Positions 8,984-20,266 of a stretch of DNA of 47,622 nucleotides are shown one piece after another. The notes below the pieces were generated by a model. The model did not search any database and was not told the origin of the DNA. It saw nothing but the letters and a program-made list of their open reading frames with translations. How positions within the stretch are numbered: the first letter of the stretch is position 1; each line of letters opens with the position of its first letter. The stretch covers positions 1 through 47,622 of the forward strand of contig CACXNH010000006.1 in assembly GCA_902768955.1 (NCBI GenBank), read 5' to 3'. This stretch comes from an uncultured Bacteroidia bacterium. Lineage in GTDB: Bacteria > Bacteroidota > Bacteroidia > Bacteroidales > UBA932. The translations under genes were made by a program, and so were the position numbers.

Positions 8984-9895
8984 CTAAAGGGCGCTTATTT
9001 CTTCTTTGCTGAGACCCGTCGCCTCCGCGATGATGGAGACCTCAACGCCCAGGTCCTTGAATTTTTTTGCGTCCAGCCGGGCCTGTTTCTCCATGCCTTT
9101 CTCTATGCCTTCAGCAAAGCCCTGCTTATGGCCTTCTTTGCGCGCGTAGTTGTTTTCCGCTATGCGGTCAAGTTCTGTTCTCATAATGGACGTCACCTTT
9201 AATTGCTTGTCTATACCTAATGCGGCAAACTCACTTGCGTCAAACAGCATCGTCAATAGCCTGTCGCTGAACTCCGCCGGACGCTCTGTGAGCCTATCCA
9301 TATACTTCATTGAGTAAGCAAGTTGTTCAACGAGACTCCTGCACTTTTTGTGCTCGCCGAATTTTACATACAGCCGGCCAAGTTCCAGAAAGAAGAAATG
9401 AAGTGAGTCCGTCATAAGTTCCCCCGTCTTTGGGGAACATATGCTGTACTCACTTATCAGGCCTTCCTGCAGAATCTCATTACCACCCCCGTGCTCAATG
9501 CAAAAATTAACAAAACTTACCACATAAATGGGAAGTAGTGAGTAATCCATCGGCTTGCGGATGCCAGACCGCACAATATTCATCTTCTCCGCCAACTGCA
9601 TCCTTATAGGGAAGGATGCATAACAAAGCATGCGGTCTGCGTAACTCTCCTGAGGCAAGCCTTGCATCTCCACGATGAACATCTCGCCGTCCTCTGAAGT
9701 ACATACCGCATCAAAGTTAGAAATTTTGTCGGAAAGTGCCAAACCATGCTGTTCTGTGGGGCGGAATTCCAACTTTTTGATTCGTTTGCCGGGGATTATT
9801 ACTTCCAGCATACGGGCAAGGAGCTCCTCGTTACCCGGAGTGAAGATGACAACTTTGAATGCGTCATCATTCAGGATGTTAGCATACTTGATCAT
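8984..9895 (-). CDS. Rpn/PD-(D/E)XK_2 family nuclease (putative transposase)
   Basis: D.AFK.IF, FDAVC, FIVEMQ, DRMLCYAS and FLEL motifs; C-terminal EG/KG repeats and IAEATGLS.EEI HTH-like tail. Confidence 0.88.
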   Translation of the reverse strand: MIKYANILNDDAFKVVIFTPGNEELLARMLEVIIPGKRIKKLEFRPTEQHGLALSDKISNFDAVCTSEDGEMFIVEMQGLPQESYADRMLCYASFPIRMQLAEKMNIVRSGIRKPMDYSLLPIYVVSFVNFCIEHGGGNEILQEGLISEYSICSPKTGELMTDSLHFFFLELGRLYVKFGEHKKCRSLVEQLAYSMKYMDRLTERPAEFSDRLLTMLFDASEFAALGIDKQLKVTSIMRTELDRIAENNYARKEGHKQGFAEGIEKGMEKQARLDAKKFKDLGVEVSIIAEATGLSKEEISAL

Positions 9896-9981
9896 AAATA
9901 CAAAAATTTATGACCACAATAATATGTTTATTTTCCCGGAACGGTCACGCGAAACGTAAATATTTATGAAAATGTTTTTAC

Positions 9982-9997
9982 GGATTCACGTGAAACA
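9982..9997. promoter_or_regulatory. parS-like site
   Basis: GGATTCACGTGAAACA matches 14/16 of TGTTTCACGTGAAACA and is intergenic. Confidence 0.4.
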
Positions 9998-10044
9998 ACA
10001 CATCGTCCTTTACCATTCCCCTCCTTTCCTGGGTGAGTAGGGAA

Positions 10045-12593
10045 CTAGATTCCCAGTTCCTCCTTCATTGTCCTCAGAAGGTCAAAGGCCTGAAGCGGGG
10101 TGAGGTTGTTGAGGTCTACGGAATTGAGGCGGTCCCTCAGGGATTCCAGAAGGGGATCGTCCAGTTGGAACATAGACAGTTGGATGGAGCCGTCTTTCTC
10201 CACGCGGCCTTCCTTCACGTTATGGGGCTTCACGGGTGTGAGGGCCCCTATCTTTTCAAGCGCCTGGCTGTTTTCCAGAGCCTTCAGGGTGCGTTCTGCA
10301 CTTTCCAGAACCTGCTGGGGCATACCGGCCATACGGGCAACGTGGATACCAAAACTGTGGGCGGTGCCGCCTTCCTTTAACTTACGGAGGAAGATAACTT
10401 CTTTACCCACTTCCTTTACTGCCACGTGGAAGTTCTTCACACGCGGGAAAATGCCTTCAAGGTCATTGAGTTCGTGATAATGGGTGGCGAAGAGGGTCTT
10501 TGCGCCCTTCCCGTACTCGTGGATGTACTCCACGATGCCGCGGGCGATGGACATGCCGTCGTAGGTCGATGTGCCGCGGCCGATCTCGTCCAGCAGGACC
10601 AGCGAACGGGCGCTGAGGTTGTGGAGGATCATCGCCGTTTCCAGCATTTCCACCATGAAGGTGGACTCGCCGCGGGAGATGTTGTCCGTCGCGCCCACGC
10701 GGGTGAAGATCTTGTCGAAATAGCCGATCCGGGCCGAGGCCGCCGGCACGAAAGGATGATTATCTGCTGCTCCGTGGAGTCCAGATATACGTCATTAGGA
10801 ACGTACTCTTCCGCGGCAGGCATAAGGGTTTCTATCACGGGATGGCGGCCCTGACGGATATCCAGAACCTTGGAGTCATTCATTTCAGGGCGGCAGTAAT
10901 GCATCTGGACAGCCTGATCGGCAAAACCCGCCAGAACATCAAGTTTGGCAAGGATGCGGCTGTTGGTCTGAATATCCGGGATAAACTGTTGAATCTGGCC
11001 GATGAGCCCCGCAAAAAGGTTCTGCTCTATAGAGAGAATCTTGTCTTCTGCAGTAAGGATTTTTTCCTCGTATTCCTTGAGTTCCTCCGTGATATAGCGC
11101 TCCGCGTTTACCAGAGTCTGCTTACGGATCCACTCCGGCGGAACCTGGTCTTTATAGGCGTTGCGGACCTCAATATAGTAGCCAAAAACATTGTTGTAGG
11201 CTATTTTAAGGGAACTTATACCGGTTCGTTCCGCCTCCCTTTGCTGCATTTGCAGGAGGTAGTCCTTACCTCCGGCGCTAAGGCTGCGGAGCTCATCCAG
11301 CTCAGGGTCAACCCCCGTGCCTATAACAGGCCCTTTACCTATCTGGATTGCCGGTTCCGGTGCCATCACGCGCTGGATTTCCTTCACAAGCGAGGCACAG
11401 TTTTTCATCCCCTTGAGAAGCTTTGTAAGGGCTTCGGGGGCATCGGAGAGTCTCTCTCTGATAGGGGCCGATAAAGCCAGCGCCCTTCCAAGCTGCATCA
11501 CTTCACGGGGCATTGCCTTGCCGGAAGCAATGCGGCCAAGGATTCGCTCAATGTCTCCAAGTTTTCCAAGATCCTCCTGCGTTGCCTCCAACAGCTCCGG
11601 AGCACCCACAAAGTGTTCCACAATGTCATAACGGGCGTTAAGTTCCTTCAGGTCCATGATTGGCATTGCCAGCCAGTTCCTGAGCATACGTGCGCCCATG
11701 GGCGTGGAACACTTGTCAAGAGGTTCCACGAGTGGTACGCCACTAGCTCCTGAGGCACTCTGGAACACTTCCAGGTTGCGCAGGGTGAACTTATCCATCC
11801 ACACAAACCGGGCCTCATCAATTCTGCCTATAGAGCAGATATTCTTAAGACCTGTGTGCTGGGTCTGCTCCAGGTACACAAGAAGGGCTCCGGCGCTGCA
11901 AACGCCAAGGGGGTAGGGATCGATGGCAAAGCCCTTGAGGCTCTCCACCCCTAGTTGCCTCTTGAGGCGTTCCACGGCAGCGTCATACACAAACGCCCAC
12001 TCGTCTATTGAAGTGGTGTAGTAATCTCCAAAACGGTCTTTGAGGCCTTTCTCATAGCCCCTCTGGACCACAAGTTCACGGGGTTTCATGGAACCAAGAA
12101 GGGTTCCGATGTAATCCAGCGTTCCCTGCGCTACCTGGAACTGACCGGTGGAAACATCCAGGAAAGCCGCCCCGCAAAGATGCTTTTCAATGGTAAGGCC
12201 GCACAGAAAGTTGTTTTCCTTCACGTCCAGCATATTCTCCCCGAAGGAGATACCGGGCGTAACAATCTCTGTAATGCCGCGCTTTACAAGTTTTTTTGCA
12301 AATTTAGGGTCCTCCAACTGGTCACAGACAGCTACTTTGAAGCCTGCGCGCACCAGTTTTGTAAGATAGTTTTCAAGAGCGTGATGCGGGAACCCGGCCA
12401 TTGCCACGGGCCCCTTTTCCCCATTGGATTTTTTGGTCTGAACCAGCCCCAGAACCTTTACGGCAGTGATTGCATCGTCTGAATAGCATTCAAAGAAGTC
12501 TCCCACCCTGTACAGCAGGATGGCCTCCGGGTGTTGGGATTTCACCTCGAAGTAGTGCTTCAGCATTGGGGTATCTTCTGCAATCTTTGCCAT
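10045..12593 (-). pseudogene. mutS: DNA mismatch repair protein MutS, broken by a deletion/frameshift at ~10752
   Basis: TPM..Y, RVGDFFECY, GRHPVIE in the first frame; [32 protein letters not shown] in the second frame. The Walker A GPNxxGKS segment is missing at the junction. Confidence 0.9.
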
Positions 12594-12600
12594 AGGGAAT

Positions 12601-14127
12601 CTAGTCAAACACCCAGATTATTGCTTCTTCCAGGACCTCGCCGGGCCTCAGGACGGTTGAGGGGAAGCCGGGCTGGTTGGGGGAATCTGGGCAGTGCTGG
12701 CACTCTATGGCCACGGCGTCGTAGTCATGGTATTCCCTGCCGTCACGTGACTTGGGGCAGCCGTTGAGCCAGTTTCCGGTATAAACCTGAACCGCAGGCT
12801 GCGTGGTGAGCACCTCAAGATGACGGCCGCTCTTTGCACCCCAAAGCTCTGCGGCCGTTGTGAGCTGGCCGGGCATAGCTCCGTCAATGAGGTAGCAGTT
12901 GTCATAACCCTTGCCGTACTTGAGTGCGGGGAAAGGAGCCTCAATATCCTGGCCGATTCTCTTTGCCTCAACAAAATCCATGGGGGTTCCGGCAACGTCC
13001 TCAGGCTCTCCAAGCGGAATGAGGGTGTTGTCTGTTGGAAGCCACTGGGAGGCATTCAGTTCCAGTTTATGGTCAAGGACGGAGCCTTCGCCGTCAAGGT
13101 TGAAATAGACGTGATTGGTGAGGTTTACCACCGTGGGTTTATCTGTCTCTGCGGTAATGATCAGTTTGAGGGAATTATCCTCTCCCCAGGTGTAGTGGGC
13201 CACAACTTTGAGGTTTCCGGGGAAACCGGCCTCGCCGTCTTCCGAATAATACATGAACTCTACGGCATTATCCGCTATACGGCTGTCCCAAACCTGGTTC
13301 TGAAAGCCCTTGGGGCCTCCGTGAAGGTGGTTGGGGCCGTTGTTGACGGGCAGATTGTACTCTACGCCGTCAAGGGTGAACTTACCCTTAGCAATGCGGT
13401 TTGCGTAGCGGCCGGGGATTTTGCCGGCGCAGGGGCCATCGGCCATATAATCCATTGCGTTGGCATAGCCAAGGACCACCTCCCCAAGATTGCCGGCTTT
13501 GTCCGGAACCATGATTGAAGTGATTGCCGCGCCAAGGCTGGACAGCTGTACAGATGCCCCAGAGGCGTTTTTGAGGGTGTAGCGGAAGATTTCCTTTCCC
13601 TCCGGGGTTTTGCCCCAAAGTTCTTTAGTGATATTCATCTTTTTGTGGTAAACTGCAAATTCAAACTTGAAGCCGGTTTCTGGGTCCGTGTGAGTCTCTG
13701 ACGTGCTTTCACGCTCCCAGACATCCGGGCTGATGACGGGGAAGAAGACATCGGCGTCCTTCACCTCCGTGTGAACGTGAGTAATATAAAGAAGGTCCAT
13801 CTCAGGCATAGCCATCTTGTAGACGGAAGCGCCGCCGATGATAAAGCATTTGTCCTTGCCGGCGGCCTCTGCCTCACGGTACGCTTCCTCGAAGGAATAC
13901 ACGCAAGTGACTTCCGGGATGGGGTCTCCGCCAAGGTTAAGGACAATGTTCTTACGCCCGGGAAGCGGACGGCCGATGGAAAAGTACGTGCTGCGGCCCA
14001 TGATCACGGGGTAGCCGCGGGTAGTGTTCTTGAAGTACTGAAGGTCTTCAGATATGTGCCAGGGCAGTTGGTTTTTCACCCCGATGCCATAGTTGTCTGC
14101 TATGGCAACAATAATACATTTTTTCAT
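12601..14127 (-). CDS. folA-galM: Dihydrofolate reductase - aldose 1-epimerase (GalM) fusion
   Basis: N-terminal IG..NQLPWHISEDL.YFK, IMGR.T, RPLPGRKN, IIGG. C-terminal GRYANRI, NHLHGG, NLTNHVYFNL, GYDN, AIECQ. No stop codon at the junction. Confidence 0.88.
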   Translation of the reverse strand: MKKCIIVAIADNYGIGVKNQLPWHISEDLQYFKNTTRGYPVIMGRSTYFSIGRPLPGRKNIVLNLGGDPIPEVTCVYSFEEAYREAEAAGKDKCFIIGGASVYKMAMPEMDLLYITHVHTEVKDADVFFPVISPDVWERESTSETHTDPETGFKFEFAVYHKKMNITKELWGKTPEGKEIFRYTLKNASGASVQLSSLGAAITSIMVPDKAGNLGEVVLGYANAMDYMADGPCAGKIPGRYANRIAKGKFTLDGVEYNLPVNNGPNHLHGGPKGFQNQVWDSRIADNAVEFMYYSEDGEAGFPGNLKVVAHYTWGEDNSLKLIITAETDKPTVVNLTNHVYFNLDGEGSVLDHKLELNASQWLPTDNTLIPLGEPEDVAGTPMDFVEAKRIGQDIEAPFPALKYGKGYDNCYLIDGAMPGQLTTAAELWGAKSGRHLEVLTTQPAVQVYTGNWLNGCPKSRDGREYHDYDAVAIECQHCPDSPNQPGFPSTVLRPGEVLEEAIIWVFD

Positions 14128-14128
14128 A

Positions 14129-14923
14129 CTAGACGGCTACAGGTGCTTTGATGGCGGGCCAGGGATCATAACCCTCCAGAGTGAAGTCTTCATACTTGAA
14201 ATCAAAAATGGATTTCACGGAGGGGTTAAGTTTCATTGTGGGAAGCCTGCGGGGCTCACGGGTGAGCTGCAGGGCAACCTGGTCAAAGTGATTCTTATAA
14301 ATATGGGTGTCTCCGGTTGTGTGGACAAATTCTCCGGGCTCAAGACCGCACACCTGTGCAATCATTATGGTAAGGAGAGCGTAAGAAGCAATGTTGAACG
14401 GTACCCCCAGGAAGACATCTGCGCTTCTCTGGTACAGCTGACAGGAGAGTTTTCCGCCGGCCACGTAGAACTGGAAAAGGCAGTGGCAAGGAGGAAGGGC
14501 CATCTGGTCTATCTCTGCGGGATTCCAGGCGGTTACAAGCATTCTTCTGGAGTCTGGATTATGTTGTATCAGGTTGATTACCCCTGATAATTGGTCAATG
14601 GCCTCTCCATTGGGACAAGCCCATGAGCGCCATTGGTGGCCATAAACAGGACCCAGATTTCCTTGTTCGTCGGCCCATTCGTCCCATATAGTTACGCCGT
14701 TCTCCCGTAAATAGCCAATATTGGTGTCTCCGGAGATGAACCAGAGTAATTCATGTATGATACTTTTCAGGTGAACCTTTTTGGTGGTCAGGAGAGGGAA
14801 GCCCTGGGCAAGATTGAAGCGCATCTGATACCCGAAAACGCTCTGCGTTCCGGTACCGGTGCGGTCCTGCTTCATAACGCCGTTTTCCCTTATATGGCGG
14901 AGTAAGTCCAGATACTGTTGCAT
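14129..14923 (-). CDS. thyA: Thymidylate synthase
   Basis: [44 protein letters not shown] motifs. Confidence 0.98.
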   Translation of the reverse strand: MQQYLDLLRHIRENGVMKQDRTGTGTQSVFGYQMRFNLAQGFPLLTTKKVHLKSIIHELLWFISGDTNIGYLRENGVTIWDEWADEQGNLGPVYGHQWRSWACPNGEAIDQLSGVINLIQHNPDSRRMLVTAWNPAEIDQMALPPCHCLFQFYVAGGKLSCQLYQRSADVFLGVPFNIASYALLTIMIAQVCGLEPGEFVHTTGDTHIYKNHFDQVALQLTREPRRLPTMKLNPSVKSIFDFKYEDFTLEGYDPWPAIKAPVAV

Positions 14924-14929
14924 AGATTA

Positions 14930-14958
14930 CAAATTTACAAAATTATTCAATATCTTTG
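14930..14958. promoter_or_regulatory. Divergent Bacteroidetes -7 promoter elements for thyA and the transporter
   Basis: TAAATTTG on the minus strand (14930-14937) and TATCTTTG on the plus strand (14951-14958). Confidence 0.6.
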
Positions 14959-14967
14959 CATTCGGTT

Positions 14968-16269
14968 ATGAAGAAGCGCGAACAATTTACCAGCAGGTTA
15001 GCTGTAGTGATGGCCATGGCAGGATCCGCCATCGGCCTTGGAAACATTTGGAGATTTCCTTATCTGGTGGGCCAAAACGGAGGTGCGGCCTTTATCCTTT
15101 TGTATATCATTTCCGGGGCACTCCTTGCCATCCCCGTTTTCCTGGCAGAATGCGTGATTGGACGGCGTGGAGGAAACAGCACCTTCGGAGCTATGAGAAA
15201 ACTGGCTCCCGGCAGCCATTATCGCTGGGCCGGCTTGATAACTGTGATCACGCCGCTTCTCCTTCTGAGTTTCTACAGCGTGGTGGGCGGCTGGTCCGTG
15301 GATTACCTCCTGAAAGCGTGTATGCTACGCTTTACCCAGGACTCAACCGGCTTGTTCGAAGGCCTTCTTTCATCTACCTGGGAGCCTATTTTCATGCACA
15401 CAACCTTCATGATAGGCACCGCAATAGTCATCCTGCTTGGCGTAAAGAAAGGCATTGAGCGTTTCACAAAAGTGACTATGCCGCTGCTGTTCATACTTAT
15501 AGTTATAATAGTGGCGTACGGCCTTACTCTCCCCGGGGCCGGAAAGGGCGTAGAATACCTTATAAAGCCTGATTTCTCCAAGATTACCCCCTCGGTCATA
15601 ACGTCGGCCATGGGGCAGGCGTTCTTCTCCATGTCCCTTGGTGTAGGCACCATCCTCACATACGCCTCCTATGTTTCCAAGGATGAAAACCTGATGGTGT
15701 CGGCAGGCGGAACTGCAGTCTTCGACCTCCTGTTTGCACTCCTGGCCGGTTTTGCCGTCATGCCCGCCGTATTTGCGGCAGGTATCCAGCCCGGACAGGG
15801 GCCCGGCCTTATCTTTGACACCCTGCCATACATCTTCTCGCAGATGACTCCCTGGGTTGGAGCCGTGATATCCATTCTTTTCTTCCTGTCAGTACTTGTA
15901 GCCGCCCTCACCTCTTCTATTTCACTGCTTGAGGTGGGCGTTGCCTATTTTGTAGAGGAAAAAGGGGTAAGCAGGACAAAGGCAACCATTGGCCTTGCGG
16001 CTCTGGTCTGGGCCATTGGTGTCTTGTGCTCGCTATACGGCGGTTTCTTCGACTTCCTGGACCACCTCTGCTCAGACTGGCTCATGCCGTTCGGAGGCGT
16101 TCTCTTTGCAATGTTTGTGGGTTGGAAGATGTCAAAGCCAGATGTCCGCGACGAACTTACCAACGCCGGCACCCACAACCGCATGCTGTTTAACGTGGTG
16201 TATTTCCTTATCCGTTACGTTGCCCCCGTGGGCGTTCTGGGAATCTTCCTCACTATCCTTCTTGGCTAG
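14968..16269 (+). CDS. Sodium-dependent transporter, NSS/SNF family
   Basis: GSAIGLGNIWRFPY, NGGAAF, GQAFFSMSLG, GPGLIF and AALTSSISLLE motifs. Confidence 0.95.
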   Translation: MKKREQFTSRLAVVMAMAGSAIGLGNIWRFPYLVGQNGGAAFILLYIISGALLAIPVFLAECVIGRRGGNSTFGAMRKLAPGSHYRWAGLITVITPLLLLSFYSVVGGWSVDYLLKACMLRFTQDSTGLFEGLLSSTWEPIFMHTTFMIGTAIVILLGVKKGIERFTKVTMPLLFILIVIIVAYGLTLPGAGKGVEYLIKPDFSKITPSVITSAMGQAFFSMSLGVGTILTYASYVSKDENLMVSAGGTAVFDLLFALLAGFAVMPAVFAAGIQPGQGPGLIFDTLPYIFSQMTPWVGAVISILFFLSVLVAALTSSISLLEVGVAYFVEEKGVSRTKATIGLAALVWAIGVLCSLYGGFFDFLDHLCSDWLMPFGGVLFAMFVGWKMSKPDVRDELTNAGTHNRMLFNVVYFLIRYVAPVGVLGIFLTILLG

Positions 16270-19200
16270 AAATCATAGCTCATAATCAGTCCCACGGACC
16301 AGCGGTCATTCTGGCCCACGGTTTCGAATGCGCTGCCGCCAAGGTAGGAGACGGAAACGCCCAGTGAGCAGTCAAAGGGCGCGATGAATTTGCCCATTTC
16401 GGCGGTTATATCGGCCCCTGCGCTCCAAAGGTTTTGGCTGCCGGGAAGTAGCGTAAAGTCAAAATTGGGGATTATGAGGAAATTACGGATATAGAGAATT
16501 GGCGGCAGGGAAATGTCTCCCACGTAAACGGGAACGGCGTAGGCGGCCGATGCATTGAGCTGCCAGGGATAAAGCTGCCCCGCATTGACCCTTGCAACCG
16601 AAGAAAAGCCCTTCGGAAGGGTGTTGGCCAAAAGTTCTCCTACCTGGAAAATGTCATTACTGAAAAGTACCCTCTGCTGGAAGGTTCCGGTAAGCCTAAG
16701 CCCCTGGGTGCGCCAGATACCGGGAAGATACCCGTAAGCATAGACGTAGGCGTTGGGGATGAAGGATCCTGTCATGCCGGGGCGCATACTGAATCCCGCC
16801 TCCAGTCCGGCGCCCCACCGGGGATAAACCTGCGAGCGCGCCTTTGGCCGCATCACGTATCCGCGGGCCGACACCCCTATCCTCTGCATGGGCACATAGG
16901 CCGGAACATGGCCGGGGTCCCACTCATAGGACTTTATTTCTCCTGTCTCCTGGTCCTTTTCCGTGATGGTGAGGCCGCGTGTGGAGTTGTCAAAGAGACT
17001 GTTGGATATGACGTAGCTAAGCTGCGGAATAAAACCCCAGGATATGCCGCCCTTGGAAAAACCCCAGGGAATGTACGCCCTTATGGAGCCGCTCACCTGA
17101 AGCTTATCACGGGAGCCGTCGGCAATGGCGTAGGAGATGTCATCGCCGTCCTTGATCTTGGCCTTTGCCACTAAACCGGCCATAGTGTCTCCAAAGTCAA
17201 ATGTGCCTTCAATAACCGGATAAAAACCTGTGTATTTGAACTTTGCGTGAAGTGAAGGCCGCCATGTTTCCATCTGGCCGGGATCCGGCCTGAAAGCAAA
17301 ACCCAGCATTCCGGACATTGTTCCAAGCGTGTTCTGGAAATAACCGGTGAGGCCAGGCGCCGCGCCGGAGAAGAGGTAATCCATTGACAGGGAGGACACG
17401 TTGTCGTAGTCAAAGAAGACGGGCGCCCAGGAGTGGAAACGCATAAGGTGGGGGAACTTCCGGTACCGCTTGGGGGCCGATATCTCAACATCCTCCACAA
17501 CCTCCTTGCGGAAAGAGCTCTCCTGGCGGGAAATACGGTCCTCTATGGGGTAGAAATGTTCCTTTGAAAAATCCGCTTTCCGCTCAAGAAGGGAATCTGA
17601 GGGGGTAGAGAACAGCATCTGACCCTTAAGCGTTTGCGACACGCTGAAAAGAGTATCTCCAACAAAGCAGAAGTCCCTGGAGCCAAAGCGCGTGGACGTG
17701 AGCTGGGTGAGTTCCCGGCTCCTGGGGTCATAGCTGTAAAGGGCATTGGCTCCGTCAAGGTCTGAAGTCCATTGAAGGACAGTTCCACAGCCGGACAGGT
17801 TTACAAGTTTCTGGACGGAGGGCTCCAGCTCCGTGTGCCAGTTGCCGTCAGGGCCAACACAGTAAATACCGTATCCGCCTTCTGAAACGCCTGAAACATA
17901 GATAGTTTCTCCTATCCAGGCAACTTCCGAAGCCTGTATGCCATCCGGTGTGATAATGCGCCTTAAGACCTTACCGTCAGAGGCATCAAGTACCTCCACG
18001 GAAGACCCTCCGTTAAGCGGATACTCCACGACTGCAACCTTGGAGCCGTCAGGAGACGGTGCCGGGTTGTATAACCGGCCCTCAGATGTAAGGTCTGTAA
18101 CATTCCCTGTAACCGGGGTGAAATAGCGAATGATTGACTTTCCGTCAAGGCTCCAGCGTGGATGCCAGATGGTCTCGGACCAATAAAGCCTGCCGTTCAC
18201 GGGGTCTGGATGCAAAGAAGACGCTCCTGAAGCAAAGGGCCTTATGGGCCGGAATTCTCCCCCAAGCCACTCTCCAAGCTCTGTAGCCCTGAGATACCCC
18301 GCACGCTTGAGGTAAAGGCGCCCGTCAAGTTCTGCCAGGTCCTTGTAGTCTACCGGGAAAGCCTCCGGGGCCGATAACTGCTGCCCCGCCGTGAAAGGTG
18401 CGCGTGCCGCGGCATCCTGCTGCCATGTGCTGTTGAAGTAATCCAGTATCTGGGGGAACGCTTTCTTGAATTTTAGGCCGCTGCGGTCACGGATTACCCT
18501 CTGGAGGTTAAGTGTTCCCAGCATGAAGCGGTTTTTCCGGCTCTTGTCCAGGGCGTTGGATAGTATGAGGGGGTCCTGATACAGGGCCCTGGAACCTGCT
18601 ACCGTAATATAACCCAGCCTGTAAAAGTCTGGGGTGAATCTCTTGTAAGACCCGTAGCGCCAGCGATACCAGTTACGATAATCTCCGGCATCAAGGGCCA
18701 CCTGGTAATAGTTTAGGAAATCTGCCGTACGTGCCCTGGAACCGGCTACGAGGCCGGTTTCAACAGTTACGGCGTCTCCCTCTGAAAGACAGCGGGAAAG
18801 GTACAGCTGGAACACTGCCGGATTCCAGACCTGCCCCACAATGTATGAGAAAAACCTTATGAAACCGTGGCGGTCAAGCTCCAGCTGGGCCTGGTGGCGG
18901 GGCTCATGGGAGACAAGCTGGGGTCAGATCCATAAGGCTCAGGGACCGTGAAAAGGTCCATTCTCCTTGGTGCCCAGGCAACAGAGCCATTGGAAACGGG
19001 ATTGTGGGTATGAAGCACCACCGGCATTCTGAGCTGGCCCTCACCTGGCACAAAACCAAGGCTGAGGCCTATTGCAGGACGGAACTTCTCAAGAAGGGTT
19101 CCGTAATTCACGGCCAGGGAATCTGCTCCTTCGGGATAGATTATCTTATAATAAGGAGTATCTATGGAATACCATTTCAGATATCCGGGATCATCTCCGG

Positions 19201-19273
19201 TAAGGACAAACTGGGCCTTTGCCGGTAAAACGGCCGCCAGCAGCAGTGCAAATATGAGGAGTTTACGTCTCAT
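16266..19273 (-). pseudogene. Large exported/outer-membrane protein (HExxH peptidase-like domain, TolB-like propeller, beta-barrel), frameshifted at ~18920
   Basis: The signal-peptide ORF 18857-19273 joins the downstream frame QLVSHEPRHQAQLE...EGDAV. PSPDG propeller repeats and C-terminal SYDF. Confidence 0.72.
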
Positions 19274-19309
19274 AGTACAAAAATAGGTTTTTTTGCGTAA
19301 TTTTGCCCT

Positions 19310-20266
19310 ATGAGAAAATTAGTTTCGGGTATTTTGGCCGCCATTTTACTCATTGGCTGCGGAGAAGGAAAGAAGAGCAAGGCCCCCACGCCCCACGCCA
19401 CAAGGGATTTTCCCCTGGTGGAAGTTCCAGTTATGCTCACGGAGCCACAGGAGCGCATTGAGTGGATGGCTGCTCACATGTGGGATATATTTACGGATAC
19501 CGGGAAGCTCTACGCATCTGATTCACTTACCGTTAACGGCGTACCGCTTAAGGACCTGGAGTCACAGATGGGGATGTTTACAACTCTTCTGCAGGAACTT
19601 CCGCTTGTTACCGGGAAAAACGTTGTAGGAGCCTTCTACAACAAGCTGGAGGCCTTCCAGGAGGCGTTTCCTGAAAGCAACATGTTACCCCGGATGACGG
19701 CTCTTACAACGCAGTACCTATATGATCCCAACTCTCCTGTACGCAGCGAAGACCTCTATCTTCCTTTTGTCAAAAAACTCTCTGAGAGCCCGCTCATAGA
19801 TCCGGATTACCGCGCCCGTTATGCCTGGGATGCCAAAAACTGTTCCCTGAACCAGATTGGAACCCCGGCTACTGATTTTCCCTTTATAGACACTGCCGGA
19901 AAACGCCGTACACTTCATTCTATCAAGGCGGAAAGGCTTCTCCTTATCTTCGGAAACCCGGATTGCCAGGCCTGCAAGGAGATTATGGAAACACTTGAAA
20001 GTGTTCCTCAGCTTCAGGATCTCATTATGAGCGGAGCGCTGAAGGTGGTTGATATCTATATCGACGAGGACATTGAGCTGTGGAAGTCAAAATCGGCCTC
20101 ATACCCGACAAACTGGATTAACGGATATGATCCCAACTTTGATATCCGCGGAGACAAGCTGTATAACATACGCGCAATCCCGTCCGTATATCTTCTGGAC
20201 GCGGACAAAAAGGTTATCTTAAAGGACTGCCCTATTGAAAGAATCTTTCCAGCCATTCTCCATTAA
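19310..20266 (+). CDS. Lipoprotein with DUF5106-like and thioredoxin-like domains
   Basis: LIGC lipobox, YLYDPNSPVRSE, NPDCQAC CxxC, IPSVYLLD. Confidence 0.8.
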   Translation: MRKLVSGILAAILLIGCGEGKKSKAPTPHATRDFPLVEVPVMLTEPQERIEWMAAHMWDIFTDTGKLYASDSLTVNGVPLKDLESQMGMFTTLLQELPLVTGKNVVGAFYNKLEAFQEAFPESNMLPRMTALTTQYLYDPNSPVRSEDLYLPFVKKLSESPLIDPDYRARYAWDAKNCSLNQIGTPATDFPFIDTAGKRRTLHSIKAERLLLIFGNPDCQACKEIMETLESVPQLQDLIMSGALKVVDIYIDEDIELWKSKSASYPTNWINGYDPNFDIRGDKLYNIRAIPSVYLLDADKKVILKDCPIERIFPAILH

